A DNA stretch of 63,804 nucleotides, counting the filler, from Octopus bimaculoides (lineage: Eukaryota), in the NCBI RefSeq assembly GCF_001194135.2. It is 6 parts of 6 records of this genome, joined end to end, with 100 filler letters (N's around TTAATTAATTAA, not from the genome) between each part and the next. Parts side by side here need not be neighbours in the genome. Positions count along the whole stretch, not along the records: positions 1 to 5,013 come from NC_068994.1; positions 5,114 to 24,609 come from NC_068986.1; 4 more parts are not named here. One strand, 5' to 3'. Below the pieces are notes generated by a model. The model was not told where the DNA came from. It saw only the letters and a program-made list of their open reading frames with translations, and did no database searches. Shown piece after piece: positions 1 to 12,454 of this stretch (positions are counted from its first letter, which is position 1; every line of letters starts with the position of its first letter). A program made the translations under genes and the position numbers.

Positions 1-142
1 GGTAATTTTGCTTTTATTAATATTCTAAGATTTTATTTTTAAAAAGGTACGTCTTAAAAACTCGCGGCAAACCTGTGAAATATACCAGATTTTCTTGTTA
101 CCGTGACAGAGTAGGCGTAGAACTAGCATAAAGCATCTATAG

Positions 143-168
143 TATGTGTGCATGCGTGTGTATGTATG

Positions 169-199
<31 letters not shown>

Positions 200-349
200 G
201 CATATATGCATATATATATAAATACACACACACACACACATATATATATATGCATATACACACACATACAAACACATCAAAGAACAGGACCAGACAGATT
301 GTGTGTATATGTGTATGTGTGTGTGCATGTAGATATATACACACATACG

Positions 350-392
<43 letters not shown>

Positions 393-749
393 GTATACAT
401 TAAACGCCTGAGTAAATGCATTATTGTTTATTTAACTTTCGCGTAGTTACATGTGTGTCAACTATGCATCTTCTTTTCTTAATATGTATGTACACAACAC
501 ACACACACGCGCGCGCGCGCACACACACACACACACACACATACACACACACACATATATATATATAAGCATGTATGGGTGGATGCATGAATGAATTTCT
601 CCCCGTATGTATGTCGATGTTTGTCTAATACTCTCCACACACACTCACCCACACTCACACACACACACACTAACACACACACATACATATATATACTCTT
701 ATATATATGTGTGTATGTGTGTATGTGCATGCGTGTATGTGGGAATGTA

Positions 750-805
<56 letters not shown>

Positions 806-870
806 CATAAACGCATACGTACAGATAGACGCACGCACAACCTGTAAGTGTGTATGCATGTCAAACTAAG
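143..870. repeat. Compound TA/CA/TG microsatellite field (similar fields at 2075-2640, 15330-15535, 17740-18066, 21180-21730, 35100-35430, 41870-42110, 42700-43520, 50330-50880)
   Basis: Directly visible di- and tetranucleotide arrays; they produce most of the YI/TH/CV ORFs in the track. Confidence 0.97.
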
Positions 871-2072
871 TTTAGTACGTACAGGTATATGCGTATTGCG
901 TATGCATGTGTATCTTTTACATTTATATTGGTTGTGATGTGGTGAAAAACACCCGCAAAAGAAATAAATAATTAAATAACTTTTGTTGAAAATTATAATG
1001 GATTAGAATTTGTCTCTTAGTTAGACAGATATAACAAAAAAAAATAATAATAAAAGACAGACCTAGCGGCAAGTGTTGACGAATCTCAATCAAGAAGGGG
1101 AGATAATTTACAAAAATTAATAAACACTTTATGCTGAGGTGGGAAAAAAAATTCACTTTTATGAGTAAATCACAGAGTGCATTTGCGCATACCTGAATTT
1201 ATATAGATTTTTGCCAGTAGCCTTTTGAGTTATCTCCCTTATTGTAATCCACTGTTAATTTCACGGGTTTCTTTCAATTTCCCTCTACCAAATCCACTCA
1301 CAAGGCTTTGGTCGGCCCGAGGCTATAGCAGAAGATACTTGCTGAAGGTGCCACGCTGGTAAACAAGCTAAAAAATTGACCTCAGTTAGTTCTGAATGCA
1401 GAACGCAAAGAATTGGGATAAATACCGTAATACATTTAGGTTGATATTTTCTACCAGCTATTTACTGCAAAGAAAAAAAGAAAAAAAATTTTTAATAAAA
1501 TAAAAAGTAAAAATTAACCTCGGTGAGATTTGATCTCTGCACGCTTGAATCTGCGAAGAAATACCGTCAGGCATTTCGTGCGACGCACTACTGTTTCTGC
1601 CATATCACCGCCAGCTAAAAGTCTAGCGACAAAAATTCTCGCGACGGAATGTATGGACACCCCAGCCAGCACGTTACTGTCTGTAATTTTAAGCGCAGCC
1701 ATATATCTACGCAATACAGGTGACAGAGGTTATAGAGGTCAGGCAGATCAGAGAGGTCGCATAAACGCTGAATCGGCGAGACCACAGAGTACAAATTGAT
1801 GTTGAAATATATCGCAATGTTTTGACCTAACGCGAAGTTTACTCGACTGTTCAATACAATCCATAACTTAATTATTAAACTGTTCAATAGACTCCAGTTT
1901 TGGCAGTGACTCATGCATTAGGTAATTGAATAACAGCAGGTTGCGAAATTCATAGATCGTTGGACGCTGTTGGTTCTTCAAATTAATATACCGTGTAGAA
2001 TTTTTACTTTCACATATTGAATCTGTATAGCATCTGGATATCTATATTCGTGTCTGTCTCTCTGTCTCATTA

Positions 2073-2109
<37 letters not shown>

Positions 2110-2133
2110 ATCCATCTATCTATCCATCCAGCC

Positions 2134-2189
<56 letters not shown>

Positions 2190-2394
2190 GCAAACACACA
2201 CACACACACATATACACACACAAATACAGATATTCGTCTGTACATATTTGTATGTGTACATATATGTACATATATGCACATAGATATATGAATGTGTTAT
2301 TATACATATATATATATGTGTGTGTTTATATGTATATATATATATGTATAAATGTATGCGAGTGCATATATGTGTATATATATGTATATATATA

Positions 2395-2452
<58 letters not shown>

Positions 2453-2595
2453 CATACATATATTTATATAAGTATGTGTGTATGTGCGTTTGTGAGTGTN
2501 NNNNNNNNNATATACATACATACATATATTTATATAAGTATGTGTGTATGTGCGTTTGTGAGTGTGTGTGTCTGTGTGTGTGTCTGTGTGTGTGT

Positions 2596-2639
<44 letters not shown>

Positions 2640-3347
2640 GTGCAATGTGGTTAAAAAGTTCACTTCACAATTTTAAAGTCACGGTTTCAATTTCGCTGCT
2701 TAGCATCTTGGTCAAGTGTCATTTCCTACAGCCACCGGTCGACCCATGCCTTGTGGGCGAAATTAAGGCGATTAAAATCTGTTTTAAAACCCTTTGAATG
2801 GATTGTAGCTGAAATTTAAAAGGTTCATTATTGTCATACACAGTGTATAGCTGATTCTCTCAACTAATTCCATTAGCGCAATGTAATTAAGTACCAGTCA
2901 TGTGCTGGGGTGAAACACACACCCAACTATACACACACCCAACTACACACACACGCACACACACACACATATATATATAACACAAAGTAATAGCATCGTT
3001 CATCATCATCTCAGCATCAACAACTACAACAATAATATTTTATAAATAACTATAAGAACAGCGGTAACAGCACCAATAAGATTAAGAACTGCGAAGAGCA
3101 TGAAGTAGCTGCAACAGCAACAATAACAACAACACTGATAACAAAGGCGTCATATGTACACACACACGCACACACACACATACACGCGCGCGCGCACTCA
3201 CACACATATTCACACAGTCTTGGAATTATCTTACAGTATGAGATTATTCAATTAGAGGTTAATCTGAGTCAGACAAACAGACAGACCGTAAAACATTCAA
3301 TTTGACAGTTTGATATCCACACACACATCCAAGCATACAGTCACACA

Positions 3348-3401
<54 letters not shown>

Positions 3402-3573
3402 TACATGCATGCGCATAAATAGGTACACACTGTGTACGAACACACATTTCGACATAGAAAAAACACAAATATGCAAGTATACATTCATGCGTATATCTCC
3501 CTTTCCCTATCACGTGTTTGGTCGCAAAAAGCGAATATATCATATATCATATATAATATATCATATATAATAT

Positions 3574-3618
<45 letters not shown>

Positions 3619-3736
3619 ATGCACACACATACACATATATATATAGTTGAAATTTGTTGAAAAACAAATGACGAAGACAGGTGGTTTAACAAACAAACAA
3701 GTGTATTAGTTTGACGCTCGGGAAAAATGAAAAAGT

Positions 3737-3772
3737 CTTTTACGTTTCGAGTCTACGCTCCTATACAGAAAG
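3737..3772 (-). ncRNA. Hammerhead-like motif with non-canonical core
   Basis: CUUU-CUGUAUA-G-GAGC(GUAG)ACUC-GAA-ACGU-A-AAAG. Stem I perfect, stem II 3 bp, palindromic stem III, GUA site; the core deviates from CUGANGA. Confidence 0.5.
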
Positions 3773-4511
3773 GAATAAGTGGAAATAAACAGAGAGAGAA
3801 TGAAAAAAACTTGAGCTCAGCGGTCCAACATCGGGGTATGTATACATATGTGTGTATGTGTGTGTGTTTGTGTGTGTTATAAATATATAGATCTGACATA
3901 AGACGTTTACTTCCCAATCACATAGTTTCGGGTTGATGGTCCCTAACCTACAAAAGCCTTGTGAAACAAAAGCTTTGGCAGACAGAAACTGATAGAAAAC
4001 TGCCGTATTGGAAACTGTGAAGGTTATTAATTTGTGTAGCAAGCATGCATCTTTGTACACGACTGTGTTCAAAGTGCACGACTGGGTTCAAATGCACTTA
4101 AATTTCAAAAGCTCGTAAATGTTTAAAATAAACTTATTTATATATATACCAAACTAGTTTCAACAATATTTTTTGTTTATCAATGGTAAAAGTTTAAAAT
4201 TAGAAAAACATCGTTAAAAGTTTCAATATTCAAAACAGAAGGTGTAAGTTTGAAATTAAAACTATGTATCAATTTGTTAGAATGTACAAGGTTCATTAAT
4301 TTCAGTGGTGGTCGACAAGTCATACTGAAAAAAAAAAAAAAAAAAAAAAATCAAGTGGGAGAATTAAAATAGTAAAAAAAGGGAATTAGTTTTACAGTCG
4401 TGCACTTTGAGCCCAGTCGTGTACGAAGATGAATGCTTGCTACACAAATAAGTCACATGTTCACGAGTATGTGAGTGCGCGTTCTCCCAAACAGATATAA
4501 CAATACTACGG

Positions 4512-4877
4512 CACTTCGTCGGTTACGACGACTACGGTTCTAGTTGATCCGATCAACGGAATAGCCTGCTCTTGAAATTAACGTGCAAAGTGGCTGAGCA
4601 CTCTACAGACACGTGTACCCTTAACGTAGTTCTCGGGGATAGTCAGCATGACGCAGAGTGTGACAAGGCTGGCCCTTTCAAATACAGATACAACAGAAAC
4701 AAGAAGAAAGAGTGAGAGAAAGTTGTGGTGAAAGAGTACAGCAAGAGCCGCCGGAGCTTCGTGGAACTTTAAGTGTTTTCGCTCAATAAACACACACAAC
4801 GTCCGGTCTGGGAATCGAAACCGCGATCCTATGACCGCAAGTCCGTTGCACTCACCACTAGGCCATTGCACCTCCAC
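4512..4877 (-). mobile_element. tRNA-derived SINE family C, full length
   Basis: Head gtggaggtgcaatggcctagtggtgag...ggtttcgattccc (A box TGGCCTAGTGG, B box GGTTTCGATTCC). Related 3' portions at 26560-26640(-) and 58490-58622(+). Confidence 0.88.
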
Positions 4878-5013
4878 AGATATAACAATAAAAACTAATC
4901 TCCGATAACTATGTAAGGTTTCCTAGCTTAGCAAACAAAGAAATACTGATTGTAAAAAGAGATAAATACTAAAAAGTTGCATGTCAGCAGAATATCAGAG
5001 CTTCCCATCTGAA

Positions 5014-5113
5014 NNNNNNNNNNNNNNNNNNNNNNNNNNNNNNNNNNNNNNNNNNNNTTAATTAATTAANNNNNNNNNNNNNNNNNNNNNNNNNNNNNNN
5101 NNNNNNNNNNNNN
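5014..5113. other. Artificial assembly junction N44-TTAATTAATTAA-N44 (also 24610-24709, 44254-44353, 48363-48462, 55590-55689)
   Basis: Five identical 100-bp cassettes; the 12-mer is a palindrome with TAA stops in all six frames. Confidence 0.95.
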
Positions 5114-7102
5114 TATATATATATATATATATGTTTGTGTTTGTGTCTCTGTGTTAGTCACTCACCAATGCTCGTGTTTTTACGTCCTTGTAAACTAGCA
5201 GTTCGGCAAAAGAGACCGATAGAATAAGTACGAGGCTTACAAAGAATAAGTTCTGAGGATGATTTGTTCGACTAAAGGCAGTGCTCCAGCATTGCCGCAG
5301 TCAAATGACTGAAACAAATAAAAGAGTAAAAGAGTAAATCTTAAAATTAAATGGTGTTGATTTAGTGTCAGGTGATTTTTGGCCAACTATGTATGTGACT
5401 TAGATATATATATATATATACATATATATATATGTACATATGTATATGTATATATGTATGCATGTATGTATGTATCTATATATAACGTATCTATATATGT
5501 TTACACACACACGCGCACATATATAAATGTATGCATATATATATACACACTAAACCACACTAAACACACATATATGTATATACATATATTTTATGCGTTT
5601 ATGATGATGATGATAATGATGATTGTAAACTTTGCCGTCAAGAACGATATATGAGCTCTCATTAACAGGAAAGGTAAAAAGGAAATGTTTTTAGCGAAGA
5701 ATCCACGAAAAGAATTTGTTTAAGATGGAACATAGAGCCAACCTATCAACTCTCTCTCTCTCCTCCCAAATGTGTAACCCGAACCAGCTTACACTGTGTT
5801 ACCTGCTAGGCACAAATGGTGCAGTTTAGGCAAAGTCGGGATACACCCAACCTCAAACAATTTCGATTTCTCTTACCGTCGCATTTTACATCACGTGATG
5901 TCCCACTTGATGTTTCCTTTTTGATATTAAACATAGGTGAGTTGCTGGCACAAAAAAAAAAATGGAAAAAAAAAACAGAAAAAGGAGTACCCAAAATTAA
6001 CAAACACAATGTGATAAATGAAAGTTTCTGCTATATTAGTTGAGGAATTTTTTAGTGGTTCATCACTTGGCTCGTTCGTCATATCGATTATTTATAATGA
6101 AACAAATATCCGTTGATTCTAATAATCAATAAATCTATCTTTTTTACACATTGTTTTTGTGCTTGATTGGCTTTTTAGCAATCTCCCTCATCAGGAAACC
6201 TGTTCAGGATGCCTGCTTAGTTGGTGATCACATGACACGTTGCACTTGAGTAACCTGACATATGTGCTTATGCCATTTACACACACATAAGCACAGACAT
6301 ACACAAACATACACACAAACATGCGTGTGCTCACCCCCACACACAGACACACACACACACACACGCATTTTTTATATGGAAGTCTAAATGGCGAGTTTAT
6401 TTGTAAGATAAAATAATATCAAGGAACTTTAACAATAATTTCAGAATTAAACACGCAAGCGTCTGCCATATTACATCTCCCATATTTATGAGACCAATGA
6501 GGCAAAATAATATTAATGGATCATAAAGATTAAAACAGACACTACGTTGAAATACAAGCAGTCAGATATTGTTGTATTGTTGTATGGGTTCACAGGAAAA
6601 ATAAATGATGTTCTTTTGTGGAAATCAGCTGCCCTATGGACGTTAATCTGGTCATAAAAATACATAAAAAAGAAGGACGTCTATGGACCATCGATAAAGA
6701 GTTTGCAAATCCAGTGGCCAAGACACACATTCAGTTTCATATCTACTATTATTGATGCCATAGGGAATATATCAACCAGCCTCGTGTAAAGTTTGGGAGA
6801 GAATGTAATTCCTTTGTTCATACTCTTCAAATGATCACGGTATATGGTGCAACATAAATCTGCAAGACATTCATAAAGTTTAAAAAATGAGGACTACCTT
6901 GCTACCAAGCAAGTGGCCAGTGGCGGCAAAAGAGATCGCAGGCTTTACAAAAAAATAATAAGTACTAGGATTGTTAAGTTCTACTAAAATTCTCCAAGGT
7001 GGTGCACCAGCATGACCGCAGTCTAATGACTGAAACAAGTGAAAATAAAAAGTATGCATAAATATATACATACATACGCATACACATTCTTGTTATTGTT
7101 GC

Positions 7103-7104
<2 letters not shown>

Positions 7105-7172
<68 letters not shown>

Positions 7173-7333
7173 GAGTGAGAGAGCAGTGCATGCTATCAAA
7201 GTGACACTGGGGTAAAATATACAAAGCCCAATATACCCATCATGACTACCCGTCTGATAAGGGTACACCAAGCACATGCATCACAACTATATGTGCGCGA
7301 CATGGTGATCTCATATCAAGATAAACAGTGCAT
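7105..7333 (-). mobile_element. 3' UTR plus (TAA)n tail of a second, different TAA-tailed retroelement (probably R4/Dong-like); remainder lies in the gap
   Basis: About 160 nt of unique sequence ends on the minus strand in ...ctctctcactc(aat)n (7105-7171). Same orientation as the element at 7703-10838 but not alignable to its 3'UTR. Confidence 0.55.
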
Positions 7334-7702
7334 NNNNNNNNNNNNNNNNNNNNNNNNNNNNNNNNNNNNNNNNNNNNNNNNNNNNNNNNNNNNNNNNNNN
7401 NNNNNNNNNNNNNNNNNNNNNNNNNNNNNNNNNNNNNNNNNNNNNNNNNNNNNNNNNNNNNNNNNNNNNNNNNNNNNNNNNNNNNNNNNNNNNNNNNNNN
7501 NNNNNNNNNNNNNNNNNNNNNNNNNNNNNNNNNNNNNNNNNNNNNNNNNNNNNNNNNNNNNNNNNNNNNNNNNNNNNNNNNNNNNNNNNNNNNNNNNNNN
7601 NNNNNNNNNNNNNNNNNNNNNNNNNNNNNNNNNNNNNNNNNNNNNNNNNNNNNNNNNNNNNNNNNNNNNNNNNNNNNNNNNNNNNNNNNNNNNNNNNNNN
7701 NN

Positions 7703-7755
<53 letters not shown>

Positions 7756-10700
7756 ATGGCTTTTGCTTTGTATTTGCACAAGTTGGCTCCAAGTCTTACC
7801 CAGAGACCTGAAGAGACAAGTTGGAAGTTCATATTGGTGTTATGCCTAGGATGTCATATATTTGGTTTTGCACATAGTATTGTTCTAGAGAATGTTTAAG
7901 AAAACGCAAGAAAATTATGAATTTGTTTTAAAATTTGAGATTACGCAGACAGTATTTTACGTAGGATATGGGCAGTTCCCATGAGGACTATCTTTTGAAT
8001 TCCTGCCATTTTGAGGTTTTCTGGTATCTGAGCTACGTAGGAATCAACCCCGTTTGAAATTATTCCTAGGGTACCTATGACAACAAGTATTGCTTTAGTT
8101 TTGAGGTTCTACATTTTGCCAATTACTATTTCAAGATCTTTATACTTGCTCAGTTTTTGATAGGTCTTAACAGATACATCTATGTCGATTGGAATAGTCA
8201 GATCAATGAGGAGGCATGATTTTTGTCTGAAGCTTTTCAATATAATGTCTGACCTATTCGCATCTATCTTTCTGTCAGTTTGAATGGTGAAGTTACAGAA
8301 GAGTGAGATGTGATCATTTCCAAGCACTGGGGGTTGTTTGTGGTCCCACCAGTTTTTTATCATGGGGTAGATCCAGGTTTTTGCTAATTACCCAGTGAAT
8401 ATATTGTGCTGCTCTATCATGCCTGTTGAGATACTCTGTAGGCGCAAGAAGACTGCACATGGAGACAACATGATCAATGGGTTCATTTTGTTGACATACA
8501 CGACATGTTGAGCGACTGCCGTTCTTTAATATATTTCTTGTAGGTAGGGATTGATCTTGGGCTGCTGTTTCTGATTTTAAGCCAGAAGACACTAACCATT
8601 GATGGGTAAGGACTTTGTCAACATCAGCACTATTAGCTCTCTTTGGGTATTTGCCATTGAGAGGTTTTTTTTGCCATTTATCAGTAAGAATATCTAAGGC
8701 AGCAGTTTTAGCACGGGTTTTCATACACTTAGCTTTTTCTGTGATTGTTTCTAGTACGTCTAATTCTGGAATTTGTTGTATTTGGAATTCACTTAGATAT
8801 TCTTCTGCCTCTTTTGTTACTGTTATGTCTCAAGCTACAGCTATCTAGCACCTTCGGATGATCTCTACTCAACTGCTACACAACTGCTATTCGACCGCTA
8901 CTCACATACCTGCTACGGCCAGACTACCTCTATTTATACGTCTTGGGAGATCCTATTTCTTCGCCTGAGGGCGTCGACACAACAGTTACTGAGTATGATG
9001 CTTTCTTGTTTTCATGCTTTGAGAAAGTTTTAACATCCAGTCATCAGAGTTTTTCAGGGAGGAGTGGCAATCTTCATTGTTAATCCCAGCTGTAAAAGTC
9101 CACGGCCACCCTCTTTTCCTGGTAGGTAAAGTCGTTCTTTGTCTGCCTTGGGGTGGTGCATTCTATGCATTGTCAACAATTTTCGTATTTTTCTGTCAAG
9201 ATTACATATTTCAGTAATTGACCAGTTAATAATATTGAAACTGTAAGTCACGACTGGTATGGCTAAAGTATTGATCGCTTCGATCCTGTTTCTTGCGTTC
9301 AGCTCTGTCTTAAGTATTACTCTTACCCTGCGATAACATTCTCTTCTGATCCTTTCCTTCATCATTGAATGTTTGATTCCATTACCTTCAAATACCCCTA
9401 GGTGTATGTAGCTCTCTGCAGGTTGTAACTCCTTTATAGCATTCTGTTGTTCAGGATTAACGTTGGATATTTCAATCATTTTCCTTCTGATAAAAGTAGC
9501 TTTTATACATTTGTCTAGGCGAAATTCCATCCTGATGTCATCACTGAACTGTTTTACAATTGCCAGTAAACCCTGTACTTGTTGGTCATTTTTCTGCAAA
9601 GAGCTTTAAATCATCCATGTAAAAGAGATGATTTATATTTTTATCAAACGTTTTATAGCCATATTGTACATCATCGAGTAATTTCGAAAGAGTTATTAAA
9701 GCCAGACAGAATAGGAGTGGTGATAGACAAACACCCTAGAAAATGCCACATGAAATTCTTACATCCCCAGCAGTGATTCATTGTCACTATTCAAAGTCAG
9801 TGTTGTTTTCCATGATCTCATACTTACAGATAAGTAGGCGCTATTTTATAAATTTCCAAACATTTCTTAATCCAGCTATGTGGTAGATTCTCAGAGGCTT
9901 TTTTGTAGTCTACCCTGGCTATTGATAAGTTCTTGCTTTGTTCGTGACCATCTTTCATAATCATCTTATTAACGAGTAGCTGATCTTTACAACCATAAGG
10001 CCCTTTTGGCTCATTAAGGACGATGCCACTGGTGTATTCAGTCAAGACAGATGTTAGTATTCTATACATTGTTGTTAAGCAGATTGTGGGTCTATAATTT
10101 TTTGGTTCATTTGTTTCTTCCTTTTTCAGAAGGAGAAATGTAATACTACCGAATTAGGTTGCTGCAGAACATTGTTGTGAAGTCTTGTCAGCAGTTCATG
10201 ACTCTCCGGGAAAGCATTTAACAAGAATTTAGGAATTTTATCCTTTCCTGGAGACTTCCACTTGTTTGATTTCCAGAGAGCAGATTTTACATCCTCTACC
10301 TTGATACCTCCTACTTTTGCTCTTTTAAGGAGGATGAGTCAGTAGATATTCTATCAATCCAAGGTACCTTTATATTGTGCGGTTTTTCTTCTGCCCAAAT
10401 CCCTGCACTTCTTCTTTTGATGGGGTAGACTGATATTTTAACAATCTTTCTGCAAAAACATTTTGGGTTGTTGTCCTTGAAGAACCCAGTGCACTTTTCA
10501 TACCGTGTTGTGAATTTTTGGGAGAGTGTCACGTTCATTCATACTGGTTTCTTTAATTTTCAGCTATTCGATCATGATTTGATTCTTTAGATCATCTAAA
10601 TCATTTGGGTCAATTTCGTATGTGACTTTCATCACCTATTTGATTTACATCTTCCTTGAAATTTATGCTTTAGAGAGTATTTCCCTTTGTTTATCCGTTA

Positions 10701-10838
10701 CATTGACTCTTTCTGCAATTACTGCATTTTCACCAGACCTGGGTTGGTCTGTAATTATTCTTTAAGTAATATCTTCTTTAGCTGCATCTTCGTTCCTTTT
10801 ATCTTTTACTGATCCTTTAATCTGGTCAATCTCAAATT
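7703..10838 (-). mobile_element. R4/Dong-clade non-LTR retrotransposon (RT + CCHC + restriction-like endonuclease), 5'-truncated, frameshifted, ending in a (TAA)n tail
   Basis: Minus-strand fragments in the expected order: PKNYRPTICL (~10060-10105); GCKDQLLVNK and VDYKKA..LPHSW (9824-10069); GIF*GVCLSPLLFC; HLFYMDDL (9607-9630); ERLYLPGKEGGRGL (9054-9599); CRVC...IDHVVSMC and RHD (8314-8724); RSD...LID...KLSKYKDL (8109-8363); C-terminus IQKIVLMGTAHILRKILSA* (~7947). Then a ~190-nt 3'UTR and (TAA)n at 7703-7754. Confidence 0.92.
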
Positions 10839-10987
10839 GGTCAATAAATTAAGAACCAAAGAAATTCTAGGGTCGATGAAATCGACTAAAAAATTTCACA
10901 AAACAAATTTCAGGCTTTATGCCTACAGTAGAAATGATTATTATTATTAATATCATTATTATCACTATTCTCGTTATTGCTATTTAT

Positions 10988-11215
10988 GGCGGCGAGCTGG
11001 TAGAATCATTAGAACGCCTGTTAAAATGCTAAGCGGCATTTCGCCCATCTTTATGTTCTGAGTTCAAATTCCGCCGAGCTCGACTTTGCCTTTCATCTTT
11101 TTAGGGTCGATAAATTAAATACCAGTGAAACTCTGGGTCAGTGTAATCTACTAGTCCTCTCCTACCAAATTTCAGGCCTTGTGCCTTCAGTAGAAATGGT
11201 TATTCGTATTATTAT
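10988..11215 (+). mobile_element. SINE family B (ggcggcgagctgg head, central tcgactttgcctttcatc...gtcgataaattaa block, (ATT)n tail)
   Basis: Full copy. Homologous pieces at 10838-10945(+), 15672-15765(-), 28075-28195(-), 31000-31145(+), 31560-31690(+), 36660-36830(+), 40370-40535(-), 52110-52470(-, several), 54440-54545(+), 55900-56070(-), 57572-57785(+). The central block resembles the MetaSINE domain (from memory, unverified). Confidence 0.9.
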
Positions 11216-11669
11216 TGCTGTTGTTGTTGATGTTACTATTCTAATAATTTATTTGGAGATAATGTAAATCACTTACTGTCTACACCCGCTTCGTTCATTG
11301 AATTTATTTAAAACTATAAACTTAAAGGAACAAGACCCAACGTGTTTTTTCAGCACCTGATCAAGACTTAAAGCTTTTCTACTGTGTTCACGCTTTTATA
11401 TAAACACACAATCACACACAGACGCACGTATATGTATGTATGTGTTTTATGTGTGTGTCTGTGTGTATATGTATATGCATATATATCGTACTGCGAAGTG
11501 CGACACGTAACTTTTCATCAAAATTCCATAACATTTGTGTAAACATGAGATCTTGCAATTTACCTTATCAGTGTTCTGCAATAAATATAACAGTTGTTGA
11601 AAGTTCCAAATATGTACTCTTTTCCCGTTATGAAAATTATCAACAACATTGCATAAGACATACTACAAC

Positions 11670-11965
11670 CTAGCTGCTTGATAAAAAAATCCCGTTGTTA
11701 TGGGGTTAATCCGTAGATTGGCCTTATCTAATGTTTTTCTAGACAGATATGTTAGTTCGCCGCCAGGGGTAGCATCAACGAACATGACAACCTGGTATTT
11801 TTTGTTATCATACCATGAGCTGGCTTTATCTAGTCCTTTCTGTGCTGTTTCAGGATTTACTCTTTGTGGCGGGAACATTCCTTTTGCATCATTCTCTATG
11901 ATATGGAGAGCTCAGAGAAGAGAAAGGCTCGTCGGTGTTCTACCACCATGCTCAAGCAGAGCGTA
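11670..11965 (-). mobile_element. Penelope-like element fragment (region between RT and GIY-YIG)
   Basis: ENDAKGMFPPQR...SWYDNKKYQVVMFVDATPGGEL resembles the W...V(M/L)FV..TPG(G/S)EL motif of Penelope-like ORFs; GIY-YIG itself not seen. Confidence 0.55.
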
Positions 11966-12454
11966 GAGACTCGGTTAATAGCATAAAGGTTAAGATATTA
12001 TCAATGCATAGAACTGACACGGCACTTAAATCACAGAGGCAACACACATAAAAACAGACAGACCGAGCCTCAACATAAAACACGAGGGGAACAATAACAC
12101 CCACCACCACACCACTCAACGCGACGACTAAAGTCAGAAGGGAGAAAGAAAAAACATACAAACACTGTAATACACTCACAATAGACGAATATGCACATAC
12201 TTATGATAAATATAAGAAAGAGAGATAGATAAAATGCTGTTTAAAGGGCACGGCTACAAACAACATAAGAATCGAACCCATATACACATACAAACACATA
12301 AAATAACTTCACAGAGGGCCGCAGAAATATCAACAACACAAGCAACAACGACAACAGTAACAGCGGGAACAACAACAACTACCACGATGGCAGCAGCGTG
12401 GGCGAACACACAAACACAGAGGAATACAGGAACGGTACCAAAAGTCGTGTTCAA

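Noticed and set aside
25-869. Many ORFs rich in YI/TH/CV/MYVC here and throughout the window
   Set aside because: Translations of dinucleotide and tetranucleotide microsatellites.
2447-2565. ~55-bp direct duplication either side of a 10-N gap
   Set aside because: Typical unmerged contig overlap, so an assembly artefact.
2896-2906. Exact M-box AGTCATGTGCT
   Set aside because: It falls within a decayed SINE B-like segment; probably a chance derivative.
4800-4877. tRNA gene (likewise at 53960-54025 and 63491-63563)
   Set aside because: A and B boxes are present but the cloverleaf is incomplete and each continues into a repeat body; these are SINE heads.
6140-6200. Further HHR-like strings (6140-6200 minus, 17625-17660 plus, 36360-36400 minus, 42210-42265 plus)
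   Set aside because: Each lacks an intact CUGANGA or GAAA, or a pairable stem; they could be decayed copies but are not supportable.
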